Assembly: GCA_951406725.2 (NCBI GenBank)
Contig: OX597837.1
Span: forward strand, 19,840,001-19,904,000
DNA length: 64,000 nt
From: Octopus vulgaris
Taxonomy: Eukaryota
Direction of reading: 5' to 3'
Each line of letters opens with the position of its first letter. Position 1 is the first letter of the stretch. This document shows positions 28,110 through 41,400 of the stretch, one piece after another. The position numbers and the translations under genes were made by a program. The notes under the pieces were generated by a model that did not search any database, had not been told where the DNA came from, and saw only the letters and a list, made by a program, of their open reading frames with translations.

Positions 28110-28680
28110 GTTTTATGATAATTTCTACTGTACTACCTGGTGCACCTCCATGTTTCTCACGTCTTTACAATACTGTTATTTTTGTGACATTTACGGATTA
28201 TAGACTCCTCCTGTTGGTGTAATGCATCGCTTTGTTTTGTTATTAGGTTTCATCTCTTGTTTTGTTTATGCTTGTTCTGTTGTGTGTGGTGTATAAATGC
28301 GAGTTGTGCTATTTTATAGGACGTTAATCGTGTATAGTATTTGTTTTGTTTTTTCGATTGTGAGGTACTTCTTGTATAAGGTGTGTGCTGTGCGTGATGT
28401 TTTTAATTTGAGCTATTCTATTGAATCGTAAACTATTCTATTGAATTAGTAATGTCTTACGCAAGATGCCGGTTGTCCCTAACAGAGCTATTTTGGGGCA
28501 GTGCGTGCTGTTGTAAGCCCTGTTATGGTTTCTATGTTTCTATTCGTATATTTAATCCTATCTATCGCTCCAGTTACTATTGTTATTGTATTTGATCCTA
28601 ATGCCTCTCATCTTGAATATTTCAATTTCAAGGTCTTTGTTTTTTGATACGTTTTCCACATTTTCCAGCAATATTTTCGA
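28110..28680 (-). mobile_element. R4/Dong-type 3' fragment with long 3' UTR
   Basis: Reverse translation ENVSKNKDLEIEIFKMRGIRIK...IALLGTTGILRKTL; UTR resembles 1200-1430. Confidence 0.7.
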
Positions 28681-28847
28681 AAGAAGGAGTTGTGGTGCCT
28701 ATCAGTCTTGCATGCGTTGCGGGCTTGCAACCTGCAGCCTACGATACCATGCTATCCGTTCATTTCAGCTATGTAATACTTACCTGCTTATTCTGTGCCT
28801 ATCAGTTTGTTTTCCAGTATTTTATTATTATTCCTGGACAGAATGCT

Positions 28848-29050
28848 TCGAGCTGGCAGAATCGTTAGCACACCGGGCAAATGCTTAGCGGCATTTCATC
28901 CAATATAGGTTCAGAGTTCAAATTCCATCAGGGTCGACATTGCCTTTCATCCTCTTGGGTGGATAAAATAAGTACCAGTTAAATACTAGGGTTGATGTAA
29001 TCGACTTATCCCCTCCTCCGAAATTGTTGGCCTTGGGCCAAAATCTGAAT
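28848..29050 (+). mobile_element. SINE family B
   Basis: CGAGCTGGCAGAATCGTTAGCACACCGGGCAAATGC...GAGTTCAAATTCC...TAAGTACCAGTT. Confidence 0.85.
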
Positions 29051-29109
29051 CCCGTTATGTTGTACCAAAATTTGAAACGCTTTGATTTGGACGGGATGAT
29101 ATCAGGTTT

Positions 29110-29640
29110 TTGTCATGTATCGTGCTTAGAACATACTTGTACCATTTTTTCGTTTTCACTTCGAAGTAACAGCATATTGCCCAACAGATGTAGCTGCCAA
29201 TTCGATCATGCCTGTGTATGTACGAGTAAATTCAGATTTGGCAACAAGTGGGAAGCCTGACATAATGTGTTCAACTGTCACACTGGGCTGGTTGTACGTT
29301 CTGCTTTTGGTGTTAGGATTCGTCTTCGTTATTTTTACCTCCGCCTTAGAGAAGGCGGAGATATTGTTTTCAGTCGTGTTGAGATATCTTGTCTGTGGAC
29401 AAGATATCTCAAGAACCGCTGGAAAGCATTCGGATGACACTTTCATCAATGTTTGGCCTCGTGACTGGCATGAACTGATTAGATTTGGGGATCGATCCGG
29501 TCCCGAATAAGGATTCTGGTTTATTTGTTATATTTACTCTACAGGAAGTTCACTTTCAAGTCCTTCTCTCATTATCTCCCTTGGAAGCACGCTCATGGTT
29601 TCCACGCAAGTTATGGCGACGTTTCTGTTTCCAAAGTTTT
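29110..29640 (-). mobile_element. R4/Dong-type internal fragment (zinc knuckle / RHD region)
   Basis: TVEHIMSGFPLVAKSE followed, in another frame, by HRHDRIGSYICWAICCYFEVKTKKWYK. Confidence 0.75.
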
Positions 29641-29904
29641 TTTTTTTTTTTCGTTTCTCTATTATTAATTTTACTTGCATCTCTATCTTAGAAGAAATTG
29701 ATGGATAAAGAAATCAAACTACGTAAACAAACGGCAGCAAAACCGTTCAGAAATTAAATAACACTAACATATTCAGTAACAATAATAAATTTAATTTTTC
29801 CTTGAGAATTTTTAGTTCTTTGAATATATTGCTTTTGTTTAAAACCTCTTACCTACATGACAATTTTATTTCAAGCTCTGCCTTGAAGGAAGCTTTACTT
29901 TTTG

Positions 29905-30075
29905 AAGTCACGTTTTTGAACTAACGATGTTGTTGAACCTCCGTTAACAGCACCATGTGCAGGTCCTTTCTGTTTTCCCTCACGCACGGATAACTATTTA
30001 ACTATAGACCTTAATGGTTGTAAAGACACTATATCAGTGGATAGACTAAAAAAGGCCTTCACAGAGAAAACTGTC
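29905..30075 (+). mobile_element. Gypsy/Ty3 integrase C-terminal (GPY/F) fragment
   Basis: SHVF...PPLTAPCAGPF...RTDNYLTIDLNGCKDTISVDRLKKAF. Confidence 0.75.
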
Positions 30076-30371
30076 CCTGTTCCCAGTGCAAACGACACAC
30101 ACACAGCATTACAAACACGGCCCACACACCTACCTTCACATTCCATGACTACCATTTGGAATGATCAGGTACCAGACAAGGAGTCTGGATTATTTTTCAA
30201 TTTTTCTTTTACTTAATTTTTGAGAGCGGTCGGATTCATTTTTAGTATTCTCTTTTGTGACAGCAGTCGAGTTTATTTCAGACATTCACATTTCGAAAAT
30301 CATCTCCGGTTAATCGTTGAGAGGACGTTGGTGTTGCCTTGGCGGGAGTTTGCGCTCTCTGAGTGCTCTTG

Positions 30372-30448
<77 letters not shown>

Positions 30449-30993
30449 GAGTGAGAGAGCCATCAAAGTGACACTGGGGTAAAATATACGAAGCCCAATA
30501 TACCCATCATGACTACACGTCTGATAAGGGTACACCAGGCACATGCATCACAACCATATGTGCGCGACATGGTGATCTCATATCAAGATAAACAGCACAT
30601 GACCTTGCAGGTGGGGCCCAGTTAGAATTTTCTTCAGGTTGAGTAGCCCATCACGCTCAAACGGTCCCTGAATAAGGGTTGTTTAAGGATGTTGAAAGAA
30701 CCACCCATGTTTCCAGAGGTGAACTATTCAAACCCCAAAGAATCCCTCTCAACACATGGCTATGATGCTCCCCCACTACTTCTGCTCGTGATCAGAGATG
30801 TACATATCGTCAGCCACTAAGGGACAAGCTCAACTGGTTAAGGTCAAACAACTGACAAGCAAATCTGTGGTATTGAGCAGAATATTTGCTGTAGCCCATC
30901 TTTTATACCAAGACAAAACAATGTACATGATAACATTACTTCCAATCAGTTAAGATCAGAAGCCATTAGCCACTGCCTGGTACTGCATCAGGG

Positions 30994-30996
<3 letters not shown>
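30449..30996 (-). mobile_element. (TAA)n-associated element, full-length copy
   Basis: Reverse complement of the consensus, flanked by (TTA)n, so same polarity relative to the repeat. Confidence 0.9.
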
Positions 30997-31048
<52 letters not shown>

Positions 31049-31644
31049 GGTATTGTGCAGCGCGAATCTGTTCTTCCGTTTCTGCTTTTAGGCCGGAGTT
31101 TTTGAGTCATTGTTGACTTTCACTCACTTCTCAATTGAGCTTTGCAGAGTGTTGGCCATGGAGTGGTGTTTCTCTTCATTTTTTCTTAAGAAGGTTTTGT
31201 AAATTTGTTGTCATGTTTTATTTTTGTATACTTAATCATTTCTGTCTAGTTGTTATCTAAATTTATTGTTTCGTTCTAGCCTGTTTCTACTTTGTATATT
31301 ATCACTTACTTGTGTAAGGAGAATTTTTTCCTTATTTTTGTTCGCCTTTCTTTATTACATTTATGAATCGGTCATTATTTGTTTCTAAGTCCAATCCAAT
31401 TGTTATTTTATAGCAGTTTCCTATTTGTGTCAGGCCACGTTCGGAGTAGGTATAGTCTGTCTGTATCTACTTTGAGATTGTGGTTCCGAGATGTTATCAA
31501 TAGTTTCCTAGTTTTTCTAAGTTTTTCAATTCACTTAGGTTTTACTTTATTATATTAACGCGAGTTTATCACTGATATCGCTACCGTATTTATACCAATT
31601 ATCTTATTTCAGCTCAGTTTTTAATATTAGTTTAACTCTTTAAG

Positions 31645-32243
31645 TTGGCAAACTGGCAGAAACATTAGCACACCGAGCGAAATGCCTAGCGGTATTTCCT
31701 CTGCCGCTACGTTCTGAGTTCAAATTCCGCCGAGGTCGACTTTGCTTTTCATCCTATCGGGGTCGATTAAATAAGTACCAGTTGCGCACTGGAGTCGATA
31801 TAATCGACTTAATCCGTTTGTCTGTCCTTGTTTGTCCTCTCTGTGTTTAGCCCCTTGTGGGTAGCAAATAAATAGGTATTTCGTCTGTTGTACGTTCTGA
31901 GTTCAAATTCCGCCGAGGTCGACTTTGCCTTTCGTCCTTCGGGGCCGATAAATTAAGAACCAGTTACGCACTGGGGTCGATGTAATCTACTTAATCCCTT
32001 TGTCTGTCCTTGTTTGTCCCCTCTATGTTAAGCCCCTTGTGGGCAATAAAGAAATAAGAATCGTTAGCACGCCGGGAAAAATGATTAGCAGTATTTCGTC
32101 TGTCTTTACGTTCTGAGTTCAAATTCCACCGAGGTCGATTTTGTTTTTCATCCTTTCGGGGTTGTTAAAATAAGTACCACTTATAATAGACTTACATCCT
32201 GCCCTGACATTGCTGGCCTTGTGCCAAAATTTGAAACCAATAT
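31645..32243 (+). mobile_element. Multimeric SINE family B (three tandem bodies)
   Basis: GTATTTC..TCTG..CGTTCTGAGTTCAAATTCC.CCGAGGTCGA recurs near 31692, 31876 and 32091. Confidence 0.85.
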
Positions 32244-32258
32244 TAGTTTAACTCTTAA

Positions 32259-32475
32259 GGCGGCGATCTGGCGTAATCGTTACCATGCCGAAAAATTGCT
32301 AAGCGGCATTTCTTCCGATTTAACTTTCCGAGTTCAAGTTCTGCCGAGGTCGACTTTGCCTTTCATTCTTTCGAGGTCAATAAAATAAGTATCAGTTTAG
32401 CACTGGGGTCCATATAATCGACGTACCCCCTCCCCCGAAACTGCTGGTCATTGTACCAAAATATGAAACCAATAT
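32259..32475 (+). mobile_element. SINE family B, full length
   Basis: GGCGGCGATCTGGCGTAATCGTTA...TTGTACCAAAATATGAAACC. Confidence 0.85.
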
Positions 32476-32540
32476 TCGTTTAACTCTTCTATAGCATTAT
32501 CTCCCAATTTTTTTCTTTCAATTTCATGAGTTGTATTCAT

Positions 32541-32805
32541 AAATATAATAAATAAATGTGCCCTTTTAAAGCCTAGCCAGGCTCTAGGGCCTGGTTTCCC
32601 GGTTTCTATGGCGTATGTGTTCCCCAGCTGGATGGGACGCCAGTCCATCACAGCGTTACTCATTCTTGCCAGCTGAGTGGACTGGAGCAACGTGAAATGA
32701 AGTGTTTTGCTCAAGAACTCAACGCCTCGCCCGGTCCAAGAATCGAAACCACAATCTTACGATCATGGTGCTGACACCCTAACCACTAAGCCAGGCGCCT
32801 CCACG
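32541..32805 (-). mobile_element. SINE family C, full length with 11-bp TSD
   Basis: tRNA head GGAGGCGCCTGGCTTAGTGGTTAGG; GTTGTATTCAT on both sides. Confidence 0.9.
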
Positions 32806-33261
32806 GTTGTATTCATGCTGATTCCTATTACTCCGAGGTAGGAATAGGTAATTTTATTTTCATTCTCTAATTTCAGAGTCTACGGCCAGCATATTTTCAG
32901 TGCTGATTAATTTGCCCCCCTCCTTACCGCTTGGCGCGTTTGCTTAATCCAATACTCATCCTTACGTCTTGCTTGATATTATGGACAATTTTTAGAAGGT
33001 CTTTCTCATTTATTATTATTCTTTGCGAAGATATTTAAGTCGTCGATACTCAGGAGATGAATTCTATTTTGCCCATAGCACCTGTATCCCTTGGTGGTTG
33101 CATTTAGCAAGATTGTTGTGTCAGAGTAAGGCAGAAAAGTAAGGGGAACAATATTCACCTTGGAAAATTCCTTAACTTATAAGTATAGAGATATCTTTCC
33201 AAAGTCTTGGCAGTTTTTCTGAAATTATAATTTTCTGAAACTATTATAATTATCATTATCG

Positions 33262-33727
33262 TGTGAGAGAGCAACAAATGTCATCAAAGTGACATCGGGG
33301 TACAAATATACGCAGCCCAATATATCGGCCCGATAACAGTACAGCAGGCACATGCATCACAACCATATGTGCGCAACATGATGATCTCATATCAAGATAT
33401 GAACTTGCGGGTGGAGCCCAGTTAGATTTTTCTTGAGATTGAGTAGGACATACCTTTCAAAAGATCCCTGAATAAATAGTGGGAGAGCATTATGTGCGTT
33501 TGTTTAAGGATGGTGAACAAAATAAAAAAAAACATGTTTTCAGAGGTGACTTATCCAAACCCCAAATAATTCCTCTCAACACATGGCTATGATGTTCACC
33601 CAATACTTCTGCTCATAATCAGAGAGGTGCACATATCCTCAGCCAGTAAGGGACATGCTCAACTGGTTAATGCCAAGCAACTGACAAGTAAATCTGTGGT
33701 ATTGAGCAGAATATTTGTTGTTGTCCA
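33262..33727 (-). mobile_element. (TAA)n-associated element, old diverged copy
   Basis: CATCAAAGTGACA...CAGGCACATGCATCACAACCATATGTGCGC...AAATCTGTGGTATTGAGCAGAATATTTG; decayed TTA tract at its 3' end. Confidence 0.85.
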
Positions 33728-33947
33728 TGACAAAATCGCAGACTAGAGCATACACATGATCATAAAAACACAAATTTCACAACTTGCGAAGTAAACACAG
33801 TGGTGTAACTCGGCACACTGCCTCATGATAGTCTCTACTAATTCTCATTTTGCATGCAACTGTGTGCTACCATCTGTTGGTGCGCTATAGGACTAATCCG
33901 GGAACATTTTGATATATATCTGTACACCTTGTATGTATATCTATATA

Positions 33948-34578
<631 letters not shown>

Positions 34579-34663
34579 TGTGCGAGTGTATGTATTCATC
34601 TATCTATCTATATATTTATATATAATTTTTTGAGGGAATATTAATCCTAACTTACTGGGAAAA

Positions 34664-34703
34664 AATTCAATTTAGAAATACTAAATCAAATTTCACACAA
34701 TAT

Positions 34704-34769
<66 letters not shown>

Positions 34770-34805
34770 ATATTGTGTGAAATTTGATTTAGTATTTCTA
34801 AATTG

Positions 34806-34809
<4 letters not shown>
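34664..34809. repeat. 146-bp palindrome centred on (TA)n
   Basis: 44-bp arms 34664-34707 and 34766-34809 are exact reverse complements. Confidence 0.9.
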
Positions 34810-34856
<47 letters not shown>

Positions 34857-34976
34857 GAAAAAAAACCACCTTTTATCAATTCAAAATTAACAAGTGTTTG
34901 CTCAAGAACACAACACGCCTCTCGGTCCAGGAATCGAACCCACGATCTAGCGATCGTGAGTGCACCACCCTGACCA

Positions 34977-35039
<63 letters not shown>

Positions 35040-36150
35040 TGTCAAAAGAATATGTTATAATACTATTCCGCATATACAAAAATAGTCATACCTCCAATCC
35101 AACATACCTCCATCATCAGCTGTCCCACGGATATCCTTATTGTTTCGACACCTGGGAAGTACTATTCAATCCGGTGGTGTCAACAGCACTAAAATAAGTG
35201 TTGTTAGGCAACAAACAAATCAAAGACACCCCAACTTTCAAACACATTTACCCAATGTAAAACCATATCGATAAAATAATTCAATAAGTAAATTCCTCCC
35301 AACTCCTAAATACGTAACTAAACAATGACCAATCGATTAAGTCATACAAAAATTATAATCCCTACCGTCTTCCATAGTATAATATAAAAGTGAAATATTA
35401 GTTCTACCTATAAATTGATCGAATCAATTTATATTTTAATAAAGCTACAACAAAGAAACATATAAACCAATGTACATTGTATCGGTGCATTGCAATAACT
35501 AAGTTGTATGCTAAATCGCGACCAATCTTTAAGTCCATACAAATGATAATCCCACCAGTCTTCCATAGTTATTACCATAATAAAAGTTAAATCTTTATAT
35601 ACATCTCTCCAAAGAAAAACAAACACGACTGAAATTAATTTAACTAATAATATAATCATTATGAGTGAAATACATTATTTATCATTCAAAAATAAATAAT
35701 AAAACACTACAGACTCATTAATACATCAACACTACAAAATACTAATAGAAACAGTAACTAATAGAAACATAAAATTTTATCAAATAGGAACTAATAAAAG
35801 TACTTGTAATTAACTATTATTAAAAACAAACCTTGCTATGTTTAAAGCTAATTAAACTGTTTAAAAGATAATAAAACTACAAGAATTAATGCTTACACGT
35901 TTTATCAGACACGCGGTTCCATCACCAAGAATTGAAAGGACCAGTTTAAGTATTGAAGATGTAGAGAGTAATTACTACTTTCTCAATAATCTCAAACAAT
36001 GTTGGTGATATAGTAAGCAAATAACTCGAATCGTAAACCTTCCAAATCCTTACAAATATTTGCTAAGGTGAAGACTAGATACTAGCCCATAGGTATTTAA
36101 ACTTTCAAGTTTTCCACCTAAACAACGATTACAAGTTTTAACCAATTTAC
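35040..36150 (-). mobile_element. Probable Penelope-like 3' region in (TA)n, degraded
   Basis: [10 protein letters not shown] remnant resembling a PLE ORF end; T-rich strand bias; decayed hammerhead-like motif at 35136-35187. Confidence 0.35.
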
Positions 36151-36151
36151 C

Positions 36152-36238
<87 letters not shown>

Positions 36239-36312
36239 TATGAATATATATATTTACACTTATACATATATGTATATATGTGTGTTTGTGTATATATATA
36301 TATATATATACA

Positions 36313-37602
36313 CGAGGGGCGTTCAATAAGTAATGCCCCTGACCCACTTCCCATAGCAGTAGAGCAACAAAACTTGGCATAGTTATTAGTCTTTTTCTAC
36401 ATAGCAACCACCCAGAGTTACGCATTTCTCCCATTGTTTGATGCAGCTCTGGAGACCGTTTTTGTAGAAGACCCCAGCTTGGTCCTCCAACCTGAACGTG
36501 ACTTCAGAAATCAAGGCTGCATCATCTGGGAAACGCTTTCCTTTCAAAAACAACTTCATGACTGGGAAGAGGTGAAAATCAGAGGGTGCAAGGTCAGGAA
36601 AGTAGGGGGATGGGGGAGGAGTTCATAGCCATACGCCTGTGCTTCTGATCTGGCGACAAGCGAGTTGTGGACCGGAGCGTTGTCCTGCAGGAGGAGGATG
36701 CCTTTGCTGATCTTGCCCCGCCTCTTGATTTTGATAACTTCTCTTAATTTCCTCAAAAGTGAAGCATAATAGGCTCCTGCAATTGTGGTACCCTTTGCCA
36801 GGAAATCTGTCATCACTACTCCGTCCTGGTCCCAGAAGACTGTGAGCATGACCTTGCCAGCGGAGGGCTGCACCCTTGCCTTCTTTGGAGGGGGTGAGTC
36901 ACGGTTCTTCCACTGCATTGACTGGGCTTTGGTCTCTGGATCATCGTGATGGACCCAGGTTTCATCCTGTGTAATCAGTCTTTTGAAAAATTTTGATTCA
37001 TCTTCTTGGCACATCTCCAAATTCACCCTCGAGCACTCGACGCGTTCTTGCTTCTGGAAAGGCGTGAGCAACCTGGGAATCCATCTGGCAGACACCTTTT
37101 GCATATGCAAATGGTTATGAATGATAGTTTCCCCAGACCCGGTACTAATCTTGACCTCATGGGCTATTTGGCGAATAATTATGCGTCGATCTTCCAAAAT
37201 GGCAGCCTCAACTTGACGGACAGATGCCTCATCAATGGCAGAAGGGGCGACCAGATCTGGGAGCTGTTTCCACAGAGTTCCGACCATGTTTGAATTCACG
37301 ATGCCAGCGTTTTACAAGGTCATATGATGGGGCATCATCACCATAAGTTACTTTCATTTCATCAAAAGTCTCCCGTGGTGTGCGTCCTTTCAAATACAAA
37401 AACCGGATCACTGCTCGACACTCAACAGGCTCCATTTCACACTTGACTCGGTTCAAACACCTGTAAATCAGAAATCACAATTAATTCAGAGCTGTAATTT
37501 GCCACTTACTCTATAGAGATATAAATGATTGCACATGCAAACTTTCAGCTAGATCAAACAACTGCAAGTGGGTCAGAGGCATTACTTATTGAACTTCCCT
37601 CG
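36313..37602 (-). mobile_element. Full-length mariner (DD34D) transposon, 1290 bp, inserted in (TA)n
   Basis: TIRs CGAGGGGCGTTCAATAAGTAATGCCCCTGACCCACTT / AAGTGGGTCAGAGGCATTACTTATTGAACTTCCCTCG. Confidence 0.95.
36386..37435 (-). pseudogene. Mariner transposase with two frameshifts
   Basis: MEPVECRAVIRFL..., RSGRP, WIPRLL, ITQDETW, LLQDNAPVH, and (Y)FPDLAPSDFHLF after the second shift; shifts near 37245 and 36605. Confidence 0.92.
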
Positions 37603-38846
37603 TATATATATATATATATGATGTACTGTTCCGTTCAACAAAGAAGGTACTCCATTTAATAGGTGCAGTACGTTTTCATGCGCTACTTAAAGTTGAGAAA
37701 TACCTCAAACATATTCATTAGGAACAAACTACATATCATAACGAACTAGAAATTGAATTAGAGAAGATAAGCGAACAGTTGAGAAGGAAGCATGTAGAAA
37801 ACGTGGATGGTTAAAAAATGGATAACGGAAAACGGAAGAAAAAAATGTAAAAATTATAAAGCAAAAGAGAAAAGATTTTCCCTCCTTAAACCTTTAATTA
37901 TAAGGCTGGAAAAATCAACAAATTAATTAGGTATAGGCGAAATTTTCCAATTCTTCAAAACGTACTTACAACCACTGAACATTTCGGACCTGTAAGCGGT
38001 GCACGGTACCAGAATGTTTGTCTCGACTTAAATACGACAAACTACACTAAATCGTTGTTGATATCTGTGTTAGAGGAGTGTAGAATGGATAGCTTGTACT
38101 GTCATCGAGTCATAAAAGATGTAATAATAAAGTCAGGCCAAATAGTGAAATGTTGAAATCATTTAATACGAACGTTTCAGGTCTGCATAAGATGTAATAT
38201 GAAATGCATCCATTACGTAAGACCTTCGTCAGTTACAACGTTTCACAGTATTTTGAATGTTTCAACTAACGAAGGCTTTGGGTGATTGTTGCATTCGATC
38301 CATTCTTTCACTTATTAAGTAACGGAACGCAACGCACCCTGGTTTTTTATTAACAGTGTGTTATTTATATATCCGTGCGACTTTTATTTCTAGCCGGTCC
38401 TCTTTCTCCATTTTTCTCTTTCTCATCCTCTTCTATTTCTAACCTATCTTCTTTCTCCTTTTTTCCCTCTTCGTCTCTTCCTTTTCTGTGTCCCTCTCTG
38501 TCCCTCTCTCGCCCTATTTCTCCTCTGCCTGCTGCTGACACGTGATCTGTGGTCAGCCTTTCTTTCTCTCCTATTTTACACCTGTCGAGTAGCTCACCGG
38601 TCGTAAATTCTCTTGTTCCCATTGGTACCTGTTTGGCTATTTGGTGCCTTTCCAATATTTTAGGATTGTCTTCTGGGCGCTACCCACCACTCGTTTTTTT
38701 GGCCTTGAGGCTATATTTTGCTCATTTCTTATTTCGTTTCTGTCCTTCGTCCATCGTCTTAAATTACATTTATTCACTTTCGCATGCCCACACTATATCG
38801 CTTGTTACCTATGTATTGTTTACTCTCGGTCCTATCATCTCAACAA

Positions 38847-38859
<13 letters not shown>

Positions 38860-38883
<24 letters not shown>

Positions 38884-39208
38884 ATAATAAGAGTAAATAA
38901 TTTCTATAATGGTTTTTAAAAAAGACCACAATTATTTACTGGTAGAATTCGGTATGTAAATATAGCCGATTAACGGCAGGAACTTCTGTAAAGTTCAGTA
39001 TATATATTGTATATAGGAAGAAAGGGACAGGCAACAGGTTGCTTGACCGCATACCGAAAAAGTAGAAATAGCAGTCAAGAATGCTTATTTCTATTTTCCA
39101 CAAGTGGGGCTCCACATACGACAAACTCTGCAATTCACATATGCAAAACAGAAGGAATAGAAATCGAAAACGAAGTCTGGTGGTTATCTGTGAACATCAT
39201 GTTTCTGG

Positions 39209-39210
<2 letters not shown>
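38860..39210. mobile_element. (TA)n-embedded non-coding insert sharing a motif with the hammerhead element
   Basis: TAGAAATAGCAGTCAAG resembles the reverse complement of TTTGGCTGTTATTTCTA near 11944-11960; (TA)n on both sides. Confidence 0.4.
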
Positions 39211-39281
<71 letters not shown>

Positions 39282-39510
39282 TATGGACCTCCACGCAGTT
39301 TCCATCTATCAAATTCACTCACTAGGCTTTAGTCGATCCGATGCTAGTGTAGAAGATACGCAGAGTACCACGCTGTGAGACCAAACTGGAAATCATGAAG
39401 CTGCAATAAATGCTTCTTAACCACGCAGCAATGGATGTATGTAAGTGTGGGTGTATATATACAAATACATACATAATGCAAATACATATATATATATATG
39501 TATGTGTATG

Positions 39511-39562
<52 letters not shown>

Positions 39563-39671
39563 TAATATAGGATAAAAGTTTTCGGAAAAAATTCTATCAA
39601 TGACCAGCATATAAAAAATACCTTTAAAGGTTAAATTTATAAACAACTTATAAATTATAATAGAGAGAGAA

Positions 39672-39703
<32 letters not shown>

Positions 39704-39895
39704 TGAGACAGAGATAGATATCATGCGGGACCGCTGAAATCATTCTTTCTTTGTTTATTTTCTCTTATTCCTTTCTGCTGAAGAGTGTAGGCTCGAAACG
39801 TAAAGGACCTTCTTTTTCTTTTTCCCGTGCGTCAGACTAATACATTTGTTTGTTGTTCATACACCTGTCTTCGTCTTTTCTTTCTCTATAAAATT

Positions 39896-39939
<44 letters not shown>

Positions 39940-39942
<3 letters not shown>

Positions 39943-40325
39943 GGAAGCACTCCGTCGGTTACGACGACGAGGGTTCCGGTTGATCCGATCAACGGAACAG
40001 CCTGCTCGTGAAATTAACGTGTAAGTGGCTGAGCACTCCACAGACACGTGTACCCTTAACGTAGTTCTCGGGGATATTCAGCGTGACACAGAGAGTGACA
40101 AGGCCGGCCCCTTGAAATACAGGTACAACAGAAACAGGAAGTAAGAGTGAGAGAAAGTTGTGGTGAAAGAGTACAGCCGGGATCACCACTATCCCCTGCC
40201 GGAGCCTCGTGGAGCTTTAGGTGTTTTCGCTCAATAAACACTCACAACGCCCGGTCTGGGAATCGAAACCGCGATCCTACGACCGCGAGTCCGCTGCCCT
40301 AACAACTGGGCCATTGCGCCTCCAC
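39940..40325 (-). mobile_element. SINE family C, full-length long-tail variant
   Basis: Reverse strand: GGAGGCGCAATGGCCCAGTTGTTAGGGCAGCGG...GGTTTCGATTCCC; tRNA-like head; sits in (TA)n. Confidence 0.9.
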
Positions 40326-40349
40326 TAATATATATATATATATATATTC

Positions 40350-40415
<66 letters not shown>

Positions 40416-40831
40416 GCCAGTTTGCATGTATGTAAGCATAGTATGTATATAGATATAGTATATGTGTATGCATATAAATGAAGAGCCCTTCAAAATTTAG
40501 AATTGAATATAATGTTCAAAGTCAGGTGAGGACGAGTGGAATTTTTCAGGAGTTTATGATTTTAGAACAGGTCGACGACACCCTATGCAAATGGGCATAC
40601 CCACACATGTACACGTGTACATTAGAATAGAGACATCTGTACACAAATATAGATATAGGTATACTGTATACGTATGCGAATCTACACATACAAAAAATGC
40701 GTGTGAATGCTCACACACATTTATACAATAATGCACTCTCAACGCACATTCTCAATCGCACATACCCGTAAATAATGTGTGTTTTTATGTTTATCCAAAC
40801 CTATGAATATGAATCGATATACCAATATATA

Positions 40832-40879
<48 letters not shown>

Positions 40880-41121
40880 TATATGTATATGCATATATAT
40901 AATAATATAAATATATATTATTATATATACATATACATATATATATATGTATATATATACAAATATATATGCATATGTATATGTATATATAAATATTATA
41001 GATATATATTGTGTGTGTATATATATGTATGTGAATATATATATATATATGCATATATATATATATATATATATATATGCATATATATATATACAAATAC
41101 ATCCTTACGTATTTATATGTA

Positions 41122-41186
<65 letters not shown>

Positions 41187-41330
41187 AGTATATATATATA
41201 TATATATATATAGATAGATAGATATATAGACATATCTATATATCTATTTATCTATCTATCTGTCTATGTATATATATATATATAAATCTATGTATCTATC
41301 AATTTATCTATCTATCTATCTTCTCTCTCT

Positions 41331-41400
<70 letters not shown>

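Larger units (their letters stand above)
31050..33235 (-). mobile_element. Degraded R4/Dong-type RT region interrupted by SINEs
   Basis: Reverse translation remnants FQGE, HLLSIDDLNIFAKNN, LILKTEL..KIIGINTVAISVI. Confidence 0.6.

Noticed and set aside
29208-29510. 100-aa plus-strand ORF with a transmembrane-like stretch
   Set aside because: Antisense to a decayed Dong-type fragment
40250-40325. tRNA gene
   Set aside because: The tRNA-like head continues into a SINE body and tail; not a standalone tRNA
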